Positions 41,047 through 48,989 are shown, counted from the first letter of the stretch. The stretch: DNA of 64,000 bases from Trueperaceae bacterium (GCA_965214405.1 OZ243956.1:3456001-3520000); one strand, 5' to 3'. The notes: generated by a model not told the origin, from the letters alone. Program-made: numbers and translations.

Positions 41047-42042
41047 TCACCACGCCTCGTTGGCGTCTACACCGTCCCCAGCCGCTTTGTCCCACACCTC
41101 ACCCTCGCCCGACGCCTCCCACTCGTCCATCGCCAGGGCGTACTCACCGCTTAGTCCTTCCTCCCAAAAACGCATCACCTCGAGCACCGCTTTTTCCTTC
41201 GCCTTGGCCTCGAGCATCAAGTCAAACGGCTCGTCCCCGTTTACCTCACGCATCCTTTGAAGCGTCTTTTCAAAATCCTCTCGCGTCACCATGTCGGCGT
41301 GCGCAGTGGAGATGTCGCGGGGGCTCGAGAGGTGAAACTTGGGCACGCGCCCGCCCCACGTCGCCACTACCCTTTGGAGTGTTCCTGTTAGGTCATCTTT
41401 GCACGGGCCGTTACCGGGGTAACAGGCGTGGTGGAAAAAGTCGAAAATCGCGGGGATGTTTAGATGTTCGCAAAGATAAAGCACCTCGTCTACGGCAAAG
41501 ATTTTATCGTCGTTCTCGAGCGTCAGCTTGGTCTTGACCCGCTCCGGGAGGCGCTGGAAGTTGGTTCGAAAGGCCTCCAATGCCCCCGCCTTGTCGCCGT
41601 AGGCCCCGCCGATGTGCAGCGTGAGCGTGCCTTCCGGCGCGACCCTCTCTAAGAACCGTGCGTGATAATCGAGTTCAGCCAGCGCGCGTGTGACGATTGC
41701 TTCGTTGGGCGAGTTGAGGACGGTGTACTGGCCGGGGTGCATGGCGAGGCGCAGGTTGTTCTCCGCGATAAAGCGGCGTAAATCTTCCAAGGTGTCGGCA
41801 AAGCGCGCTTCCCAATCCAGGGGAAAGTCCGGGTGCGAGCCGAAGGGAATGACGCTCGAGCCCACCCGGAAAAAGCGGATGCCGTGAGAAAGGTTCCACT
41901 CGAGGATCGCGCGTAAATCCGCCAAATTCTGCTCGATCACCCCCGCCACCCGCTCGTCTAAGTTGGCGAGCCGGAGTGTGCGGTTGGTGGTGCGTTTCAG
42001 ACCAAGGTTTTGGGCCGCGTACCCTAAATAGCGTAGTTTCAT
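41047..42042 (-). CDS. uvsE: UV damage endonuclease
   Basis: LGYA, RFFRVGS, MHPGQYTVLNS, LHIGGAYGDK, LEND, FD.FHH, KFHLSS, MLEAKAKE. Confidence 0.95.
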   Translation of the reverse strand: MKLRYLGYAAQNLGLKRTTNRTLRLANLDERVAGVIEQNLADLRAILEWNLSHGIRFFRVGSSVIPFGSHPDFPLDWEARFADTLEDLRRFIAENNLRLAMHPGQYTVLNSPNEAIVTRALAELDYHARFLERVAPEGTLTLHIGGAYGDKAGALEAFRTNFQRLPERVKTKLTLENDDKIFAVDEVLYLCEHLNIPAIFDFFHHACYPGNGPCKDDLTGTLQRVVATWGGRVPKFHLSSPRDISTAHADMVTREDFEKTLQRMREVNGDEPFDLMLEAKAKEKAVLEVMRFWEEGLSGEYALAMDEWEASGEGEVWDKAAGDGVDANEAW

Positions 42043-42148
42043 GCGGCTACCCTAAAACGTGACGGCGGGCGAGAAAAGCGTGTAGGAGACGGTTGGCGCT
42101 CGCTCGCCTTGGGTTGGTACGTTTTTCGGTGCGAACGTTCGCCAAGCC

Positions 42149-42203
42149 TTGACAGAGGCGGCGTAACTGCCATATACTGCCTTATACCTTAATTAATAAG
42201 GTA
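42149..42203 (+). promoter_or_regulatory. Sigma70-type promoter of lexA with downstream palindrome
   Basis: TTGACA(42149)-18 nt-TATACT(42173); TACCTTA-N5-TAAGGTA at 42185-42203. Confidence 0.7.
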
Positions 42204-42284
42204 GCCAGGCCGAAAGAGCACCAGAAGCATAAAGAGTAAGCCGCAAGAAAAAGGTAAGAGAACGAGAAAAGGAGACGAGGACGG

Positions 42285-42908
42285 ATGACCAAACTTTCAC
42301 CGATGCAGCGCAAGGTATTTGACAGGCTCTGCGCCCACAAGGAGCGGACGGGGAGCCTGCCGGAGCTTTCTGCGTTAGCGAGGGAGTTGGGCATCCACTA
42401 CATGTCGCTGCGCCAGCACTTGCAGGCGCTCGACGCGAAGGGGCAACTCGTGTTCCAGAGCCGCGGGCGGGGCCAGTCGCCGCACCTAGAGCTTCCTTTA
42501 AGGGCGACCGGCGTGCCCGTCGTCGGCAGCATCCCCGCGGGCTCGCTGCAAGAAGCGTTACAGGAGCCCGAGGGTTACTTGCCCCTCAAGGGTGGCGAGT
42601 CGTTCTTCGCGCTAAGGGTGAGCGGCGACTCGATGGCCGACCTTATCCAAGACGGCGACGTGGTGCTCTTCAAGAAAGGCGCGCCGGTCCGCTCGGGCGA
42701 AATCTGCGCGGTGCGCGTGGGCGCAAGCGAGGCGACCTTAAAGTACCTCGACTGGCTCGACCGCAAAACCGTGGCGCTGCGCCCGCACAACCCGCTCTAC
42801 CCGACCCTGTCGGTGAGCGCGGACGAGGCGCAGATCGAAGGCGTGTATCAGGGCCTGGTACGCGGCAGACTCGTTGGCGCATTCTACGAGGAGGAGACTT
42901 TACTATAG
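42285..42908 (+). CDS. lexA: LexA-family repressor (HTH plus S24 peptidase)
   Basis: N-terminal wHTH, cleavage site VVGSIPAG, catalytic Ser (VSGDSM) and Lys (ATLK), LRPHNP.Y. Confidence 0.88.
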   Translation: MTKLSPMQRKVFDRLCAHKERTGSLPELSALARELGIHYMSLRQHLQALDAKGQLVFQSRGRGQSPHLELPLRATGVPVVGSIPAGSLQEALQEPEGYLPLKGGESFFALRVSGDSMADLIQDGDVVLFKKGAPVRSGEICAVRVGASEATLKYLDWLDRKTVALRPHNPLYPTLSVSADEAQIEGVYQGLVRGRLVGAFYEEETLL

Positions 42909-43057
42909 GGAACTTAAGAAACGAGACTTGAACAAAGATGACGAGCCCAGCCTATTCAAACGCACCGAGCCCGCGCCATCCGCCAAGATACACGCGAGCC
43001 CTGCGTTGCTAGTAGAGCCTCCCAGCCTTCTCGAAAAGAATAAGAAGAGGAAACCTT

Positions 43058-43408
43058 ATGAACTATCCTGCCTGTGTTTTTAGAGATTTGTCAAGTGCGT
43101 GGCACCTAGACGCGGCGAGTGAAAACGTTGACATCTTGGCCGCCGAGCTCGCCGCGCAAATCGCTCACACCACAAAGCCGCTCCTGCTCGGCCTTATCAA
43201 GCCTGAGGCTGTCGCTAAATTTTACGGTTTGGTCTTTTTGCTCGATTCGTACGGCTTGCTCTTACGCAAGCGCCACCGCGAGGGGAGCGACGGGGTTTAC
43301 GTTTACTTAGAGCGCCGCCCCGAGAGCGCTGTATCGGAGTTTGTGGGCGCGGTGGTGCTCGAGAAGTCCCTCACCCCCGTTCTGCCGGAGCTCGCCAACG
43401 CGGCGTAA
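43058..43408 (+). CDS. Hypothetical protein
   Basis: GAGGA RBS, 116 aa, lies between lexA and the ddrA-like gene. Confidence 0.65.
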   Translation: MNYPACVFRDLSSAWHLDAASENVDILAAELAAQIAHTTKPLLLGLIKPEAVAKFYGLVFLLDSYGLLLRKRHREGSDGVYVYLERRPESAVSEFVGAVVLEKSLTPVLPELANAA

Positions 43409-43418
43409 GGGAGCAGCG

Positions 43419-44243
43419 ATGACGACAGGTATTGCAGACACCATCAACTGGCCGGAACTGCTCGAAGAACTCAGCAAGCCCTTTCCGGCCTCAGCGGTCT
43501 ACTGGCGCGCTGGCAGCACCACCCGCGACAAAAAACGCGCTCAGGCCCTGCCCTACGCCGAGCCGCGCGTGTACGAAGACCGCCTCAACGCGGTTTGTCC
43601 GGGACTCTGGAGCGTCACCTTTAAGCCGTGGGGTGAACGCCTCATCTGCGAACTCACCGTTGGCGGTTTGACGCGCTCGTCGACGGGCGAAGAGAACGAC
43701 GGCTTTGCGCCGGGCACGGCGACCGAGGCGCAGGCGTTCAAGCGGGCGTGTAGCAAGTTCGGCTTGGGCCGTTACCTTTACGACGTGCCCATTTCATGGG
43801 TCGAGTACGACGACCAGAAAAAGCGGCTTGTGGAAGTGCCCGAACTCCCGGCGCGTTTTTTGCCCGTGCCTGAGACCTCCGCAACGGCAGGGGCTGCCCG
43901 TAACGCGCCTGATGTGAAGACGAAAGAGGCTCGAGCCTCTACCCGTAAACAAGACGCAACGGCAGAGCTTGCCCGTAACGCTGTGGGTATGAAGAGCGCT
44001 GACGCGAGCGGGGCGGACGTATCCATAGCGCAACCGACGCTCTCCAAAACGAGAGCCGCCGCGATGTACCGCGAGTTGGAAAAGTTGGGCCTCTTGCGCG
44101 AAGACCAGCACAAACTCGCCAGCACCATCCTCAAACACGATGTGCCGCACTTTTCCTCACTCACCGAGGCGGAAGCGCTTTCGGTCTGGCAAGTTGCCAA
44201 GCGTGACTACGCGAAGCGGCAGCCTCTGGCGGCGGCGGCGTGA
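43419..44243 (+). CDS. Rad52/Rad22-family ssDNA annealing protein, DdrA-like
   Basis: L..PFP...V.W, DRLNAVCP..WS, LTVGG.TR, AFKRAC.KFGLGRYLYD.P..W..YD, PELP; GGGAG RBS. Confidence 0.85.
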   Translation: MTTGIADTINWPELLEELSKPFPASAVYWRAGSTTRDKKRAQALPYAEPRVYEDRLNAVCPGLWSVTFKPWGERLICELTVGGLTRSSTGEENDGFAPGTATEAQAFKRACSKFGLGRYLYDVPISWVEYDDQKKRLVEVPELPARFLPVPETSATAGAARNAPDVKTKEARASTRKQDATAELARNAVGMKSADASGADVSIAQPTLSKTRAAAMYRELEKLGLLREDQHKLASTILKHDVPHFSSLTEAEALSVWQVAKRDYAKRQPLAAAA

Positions 44244-44410
44244 CGGGGCACGCGCCCGCCGCTGACCAAGGGGGCGCGCCCGGACGCCGCTACCGCTGTC
44301 CCAAATGCAAGCGTGAGGTGACGGTCTGCGTGAGCGCCACCGTCGCCTGTAGCCGCTGCGAAAGGGCGATGAAGCGGCTCCCGCAGTCCGAAAGCGTTGT
44401 GGATTCGTAG
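44240..44410 (+). CDS. Small zinc-ribbon protein, 56 aa (below the ORF-track cutoff)
   Basis: GTGA overlap with the ddrA stop; RRYRCPKCKREVTV....VACSRCERAMKRL. Confidence 0.7.
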   Translation: MTGHAPAADQGGAPGRRYRCPKCKREVTVCVSATVACSRCERAMKRLPQSESVVDS

Positions 44411-44606
44411 ATTCGAGCGCCCTCACCTGGTTTTCAAAAGTCTCTGAACTTGCTTCCGCCGTTGTTGCTTAGAAGGCTGTTTGGTTCACCTTTCAGACCA
44501 CGGCGGACCAGGATTTACAAGCCACCACAGAACAGGGTTTTTGGCCCTCTTGTCTGGTCGCTGTGAATCCTCAAACCTTTTTTACTTTGAGCCTCGAGGA
44601 GGCGAC

Positions 44607-44822
44607 ATGTTCGACTTAATGCTGTGCGACTGCCCTCACTGCGGCGGCGAGGGCTACGTGCTCGCGGGCGCGGGCACGCCCTCCGAAACCCTCGCTTGCT
44701 GTTCTCACTGCGACGGCAGCGGTGAGACGGAACTCTGCGCCTACTGCCGCCAACCCATCGACATCTGGGAAGGCCGCGAAGTCTGCGGCTGCTCGGCGCT
44801 CGCGTTGCCGCAAGCGGCCTAA
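44607..44822 (+). CDS. Small Cys-rich zinc-finger protein (CxxCxGxG x2 plus CxxC/CxC)
   Basis: GAGGAGG RBS; CPHCGGEG, CSHCDGSG, CAYC, CGC. Confidence 0.75.
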   Translation: MFDLMLCDCPHCGGEGYVLAGAGTPSETLACCSHCDGSGETELCAYCRQPIDIWEGREVCGCSALALPQAA

Positions 44823-44847
44823 ATTCACCTGAATCTCACCTGAATCT

Positions 44848-45594
44848 TTACGCCTTCCGCAGGAGTCCTTCAGCGTTGACGCCCGTTAGGTAAGCCAAAA
44901 AAGAGGGCAGGATGGGCAGCACGCAGGGCGATAAAAAGGAGAGCCCGCCCGCCACAAAGGCGAGAGCCAGGGTGGGCGGGCTCCCGGCGAGGACGCTCTC
45001 GAGGCTTCCCAAGCTCGCCAGATAGGGCGACAGGGTGGCCACTGAGTCCGTGAGGAGGAGCGTGCCCACGATGACGAGCAACGCGCCGCCGACCTTCTCG
45101 AGCACCCCCGCATAACGCCCGAGTTTGCGAAACAGGGTAAGAAACTGCGCGGCCACGAGAAAAGGCGCCGCGAAGCCCAGCGAATAAACCCCCAGCAGCA
45201 GCCCGCCCTGCCACGCCGAGCCGCTCGAGCCCGCCAGCGCCAGGATGCCCGTCAGAACGGGACCGATGCAGGGCGTCCAGCCCGCCCCGAACGCCACGCC
45301 GACCAGCGCCGAGCCCGCGTAACCCGCGGGTTTGTGAGAAAGGCGCGCGCGCAAATCGCGCTGCAAAAAGGGCAGCGGCACGAGGCGCAGCGTGACCGCG
45401 CCCATAAGGATTAAAAGAGCGCCCGCCGCGATCCGCAGCGCGTCGCCGTAGTCGAAGAGCACGTCGCTGATGAGGCCTGCCGAAAAGCCCAAGGCGACGA
45501 ACACGAAGCTCAAACCCAAAAGAAACGCAAGGCTGTGGAGGGTCACGCGCAACCGCACGGGCAAAGCCTCTCCCGCAGCCCCAACACCGCTCAC
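44848..45594 (-). CDS. ccdA: CcdA-family thiol-disulfide transporter, circularly permuted
   Basis: GWTPCIGP in mid-protein; AFVAGGLSFLSPCVLP at the C-terminus. Confidence 0.88.
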   Translation of the reverse strand: MSGVGAAGEALPVRLRVTLHSLAFLLGLSFVFVALGFSAGLISDVLFDYGDALRIAAGALLILMGAVTLRLVPLPFLQRDLRARLSHKPAGYAGSALVGVAFGAGWTPCIGPVLTGILALAGSSGSAWQGGLLLGVYSLGFAAPFLVAAQFLTLFRKLGRYAGVLEKVGGALLVIVGTLLLTDSVATLSPYLASLGSLESVLAGSPPTLALAFVAGGLSFLSPCVLPILPSFLAYLTGVNAEGLLRKA

Positions 45595-46196
45595 GGTTCC
45601 CAGGTGACGCCGATGGTGGCCAAGCTTTCCGCGGCCGCGGCGGGGGTCAGCCCGCCAACCTTGACCGCGCGTATAACGCCGTCGGCGTCTATAAAAAACG
45701 TCGTCGGCATCCCGCGCACCCGGTAGCGTTTGACCACCTCGGAGGTCGTATCGAGCGGTTCACCCTGCGCCCGGAACGCCTCGCGCGCTTCCCTGGTGGC
45801 GTCAAAGCCGGAGGGGAGGGAGACGCCTAGCTGGTTCAGGAAGCCTGCCGCCGCTTCTGGGTCTTCGTTGTTGTTGACGAGCAGAACGGTGAGGTTGGGC
45901 GCTCCTTCGGCCCTGTTGTCACTGTTGACCTCACCCTCGAGCCTCTCAAAAAGCGGCAGCTCCTCGACGCAGGGCGGGCACCAGGAGGCCCAGAAGTTGA
46001 GGACGACGGGCGCGCCTGCAAAGCTCGAGAGCGACACCCGCTCGCCCGCGGCGTCTATGAGCGAAAAGTCCGGCGCTACGTCGCCCACGCGCTGCGCGAA
46101 AGCGGTGCTGAGAAGAGAGACAAAAAGGATGATAAGCATCAAACGGCCTACGGTTTGTTCGAAAAACGCTTGCTCGTTAACCCGCTCGAACGTCAT
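45591..46196 (-). CDS. TlpA/ResA thioredoxin-like disulfide reductase
   Basis: APDFSL, VLNFWASWCPPC..E.P, Y.VRGMPTTFFID. Confidence 0.93.
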   Translation of the reverse strand: MTFERVNEQAFFEQTVGRLMLIILFVSLLSTAFAQRVGDVAPDFSLIDAAGERVSLSSFAGAPVVLNFWASWCPPCVEELPLFERLEGEVNSDNRAEGAPNLTVLLVNNNEDPEAAAGFLNQLGVSLPSGFDATREAREAFRAQGEPLDTTSEVVKRYRVRGMPTTFFIDADGVIRAVKVGGLTPAAAAESLATIGVTWEP

Positions 46197-46265
46197 GTCC
46201 TGATCATAGAGCCCACCGCCACGCGCCGCCGTACTGAGCTTGACATGGTCCTGAACGTGACGGGA

Positions 46266-47129
46266 TTAGGAAACGCGGCCTCGGAGCTGCTCGAGCACGT
46301 CTCCCGAAAGCTCGAGCCCCAAGTCCTCCGCCTCGCTTGCGTCGCCGCCTATCTCGGCCTGGATGACGAGGCCGCTCTCGGTATCGACCACCGCGCCAAA
46401 AAGGTTGAGCTCGCCCTCTTCGCTCACCGAGGCCAGCGCGCCGACCTCTAAGCGCGGCTCATTAAGGGGTCGCGCAAAAGCGCGCTCCGCCGCCGCGCGG
46501 TCAAATGACGGGCGGTGTTGGAGCGTATAGGAGAGGTCGGCGGCCAAAAAGTCGTCCTCGCGCACGACCAAGCCGAGCGAGCCCTGACCCGGCGCGGGTG
46601 TAAACACGCTCGGCTCTAAAAGCGTGTCTAAAAGTCCGCGGCGCTCGAGCCGAATTAGACTCGAGCCCGGCACCAGGAGCGCGTGCAGGTCGCCCGCGGC
46701 GAGACCGGCCAAGTCGTCGTCGAGATTTGACAGCATTTGCGTTTTGACGTCCGGGCGGCGCGCGCGCAAAAACGCGCCGTCGCGCACCGTGGCGACGCCC
46801 ACCACAGCGCCCTCGTCAAGCGCCTCTAAAGTCTTTTTGCCCCTCGCTAGGAGTGCGGCGCGGGGCTCGAGCCTTTTGGTCACGGCGGCCAAGGAGAGGC
46901 TTTCCGGGAGGGTGGGCGGCAGGGCCTCGAGGCTCAGCAGCGCGATGTTCACCCTTTCTTTGGCGAGCGCGTCCAGCAGCGCGTCCGCATCCTCGCCCCG
47001 CTCATCTCCCCGGAGGGTCCGCTGCACAACCTGAACGTCCGGCCACTCCGCATTGAGTTCAGAGAGCACGGTCCTGGCCGCCGACAGCGCCAAGGCGCTA
47101 CCGCGGTTTCCCAACACGATTCTCGACAT
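46266..47129 (-). CDS. HemC (hydroxymethylbilane synthase)-fold protein with degenerate active site
   Basis: G.RGS.LAL, PAPGQG.LG, AERAF retained; HSxKD, SSLRR, RGN and GGC motifs absent. Confidence 0.8.
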   Translation of the reverse strand: MSRIVLGNRGSALALSAARTVLSELNAEWPDVQVVQRTLRGDERGEDADALLDALAKERVNIALLSLEALPPTLPESLSLAAVTKRLEPRAALLARGKKTLEALDEGAVVGVATVRDGAFLRARRPDVKTQMLSNLDDDLAGLAAGDLHALLVPGSSLIRLERRGLLDTLLEPSVFTPAPGQGSLGLVVREDDFLAADLSYTLQHRPSFDRAAAERAFARPLNEPRLEVGALASVSEEGELNLFGAVVDTESGLVIQAEIGGDASEAEDLGLELSGDVLEQLRGRVS

Positions 47130-47231
47130 CCTTTATTTTTAACATACCCGTGCGAGAAACACAGGCCTTTTTGCTGATCTACCAGGCTTCTGCCATGAGC
47201 AACATAAAGAAAGCCGTCAAACGCGTTTAGT

Positions 47232-47286
47232 AAAAAGGACCGAGTACCGAGACCACGCTAAACTCGGTCCTGGGTGCTCGGTCCTT
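47232..47286 (-). terminator. Intrinsic terminator downstream of the holin-family gene
   Basis: AAGGACCGAGYACC / GGTRCTCGGTCCTT stem plus U-tract on the minus strand. Confidence 0.55.
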
Positions 47287-47445
47287 CTCTCCGAACGCGC
47301 CCAAAAAGCCTTGATAAAAGCCTGGCTGATCTACCGTCGCACCCCCGCTCAACACGCACGTGTGCTTAGGATAAACCGTTCAAACAAACGTTCAGACAAG
47401 CGTTCAGCCAGACATTGCCGCCGAGTACCGCCAAAAAGTCAGCTT

Positions 47446-47793
47446 CTAGCGGTCGTTTCGCGCCACCAGCGTGTTAAGAAGCGTACTTATGACCGTCAGG
47501 ATGAGCGCGCCCACCACCGCGCCCCAAAAACCCGTTACCGCCAGGGGCGTGAGCGCCGCGACGATGGCGATAGAAAGCGCGTTGACGACGAGCAAAAACA
47601 GCCCCAGCGTGAGGATGGTGAGGGGCAGCGTCAGAAAAATCATCACGGGCCTGACAATCGCGTTGACGAGACCCAGCACGAGCGCGCTGAGGAGCACGGG
47701 GCCGAGACCCGGCGCGGAAAAGTAAAGCCCTACGTTGAGTTGCGTCGTAATCCAGAGCGCGAGCGCGTAGAGAAGCCAGCGGATGACAATCAT
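47446..47793 (-). CDS. Phage-holin-family (YvlD/DUF360) membrane protein
   Basis: LGLVNAIVRP...LTLPLTILTLGLFLLVVNA, GFWGA..GA. Confidence 0.9.
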   Translation of the reverse strand: MIVIRWLLYALALWITTQLNVGLYFSAPGLGPVLLSALVLGLVNAIVRPVMIFLTLPLTILTLGLFLLVVNALSIAIVAALTPLAVTGFWGAVVGALILTVISTLLNTLVARNDR

Positions 47794-47876
47794 GCGAGGA
47801 TTATAGCGAATTTTATGGGCGCTGAGCCTATTGGTGCATCATCTCTCAGCCTATTAAACGTAGATAACGAACTTCT

Positions 47877-47940
47877 TTCAAACCAGACGCCATTCAAACC
47901 AGATGCCATTCAAACCAGATGCCATTCAAACCAAATGCCA
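47877..47940. repeat. 4 x 16-bp intergenic tandem repeat
   Basis: TTCAAACCA(G/A)A(C/T)GCCA repeated four times. Confidence 0.92.
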
Positions 47941-47944
47941 AGGG

Positions 47945-48847
47945 CTACGGCGTTTGGCTGAACACTTTGTATCGGTCTTCGGTCGTGAACCCCAGCGTTT
48001 CTAAGATGCGGATGAGCTTGGGGTCACCCTCGGATACGGTGGTCTCGAGAAACCCCAGCGGGCTCTGCGCGGCGAGTTCGTGCATACTCGACAAAATGAG
48101 ACGCCGCAGCATCTGCGTTGAGCCGCGGAGCGCCTCCAAAACTCCCGCCGCGGTGAGGGTGTAACGTCCCTCCAGACCAGGTTCGATAAGTCCCTCGTCC
48201 AGCAGCCCGTAAAACGCGTAGCCCACCGGCGGCTGGTCGAGCGTCTCGCGGGCGACGAACCAGAGGTCGGGGCGAAAGAGGCCGCGCCGCCTTTTGAGGT
48301 AGGCCCAGCGCTCATCGGAGGGCTCGAGCCCTTCGGCGAGGCGAAACACTTCTGTAAACCCCGCGTCGTTCTCCTCCGTCCAGGCCTCTAAAAGAAGGGG
48401 CACGCCCAAGGGCGGGAGTTCGGAGAGGGAAAAGCGCATGTCTCTTACCGCCTCCAAACGAAAGCCGAGAGAGGTGAAGACGGGCTCGAGCCGCGCCACC
48501 GTCCCGTCCAACAACCCGTGGAGCGGGTAGTGCGCCGCCTCGTGAGGATGTGCGCGCAAGAGGTCGCGCAGCAGCGTTTCTAGCTCAGCGGGGTCGTCTG
48601 CAAACCAGACGTTGCTCAAGTAGAGGTTCTGGTCGTCCTCGCCTTGTTCGGGCGCGCGCGCGTGCGCCCCCGCCTTGGGCGACGCGTCCATCAGCACAAA
48701 GCTTCTGGCCGCCTCCGCGTCGGCGTCGCGCAGGGCGCGCACCGCCCAGTGGGCAAAGCCGCGCGGGTCGCTGTGACCGATAAATGTGTAGTGCTGCGCC
48801 AAAAACCACTGAAGTTCGCTCGAGGAAACGGCCCTGATCACCTTCAC
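47945..48847 (-). CDS. Hypothetical protein, possibly tandem GNAT fold
   Basis: FTSLGF and ETLGF domain ends, WFVA......VGY, GVL.A.RG. Confidence 0.6.
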   Translation of the reverse strand: MKVIRAVSSSELQWFLAQHYTFIGHSDPRGFAHWAVRALRDADAEAARSFVLMDASPKAGAHARAPEQGEDDQNLYLSNVWFADDPAELETLLRDLLRAHPHEAAHYPLHGLLDGTVARLEPVFTSLGFRLEAVRDMRFSLSELPPLGVPLLLEAWTEENDAGFTEVFRLAEGLEPSDERWAYLKRRRGLFRPDLWFVARETLDQPPVGYAFYGLLDEGLIEPGLEGRYTLTAAGVLEALRGSTQMLRRLILSSMHELAAQSPLGFLETTVSEGDPKLIRILETLGFTTEDRYKVFSQTP

Positions 48848-48963
48848 AAAGGACTACTTTACCCGATATCGCAACCTGGTGTGCCGACACGCCGCATTTA
48901 GCAGGCTTTCGTCATCAAGTCTCCTTGGGAGCGTTTAGAGAGATGAGCGCCGATTGAGATGAT

Positions 48964-48989
48964 GGGCGTGGCTTTATAAAGCCACGCCC
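48964..48989. repeat. Perfect 26-bp palindrome (terminator or REP-like)
   Basis: GGGCGTGGCTTTATAAAGCCACGCCC just downstream of the serine hydrolase stop. Confidence 0.6.

Noticed and set aside
47446..47793. Prophage inferred from the holin-family gene
   Set aside because: The YvlD/DUF360 family is commonly chromosomal, and no endolysin, structural or integrase genes are nearby.
47877..47940. Mini-CRISPR
   Set aside because: 16-bp units are directly adjacent with no spacers.
47311..47961. 216-aa plus-strand ORF
   Set aside because: It spans the holin-family gene antisense and the tandem repeats; the composition is not protein-like.
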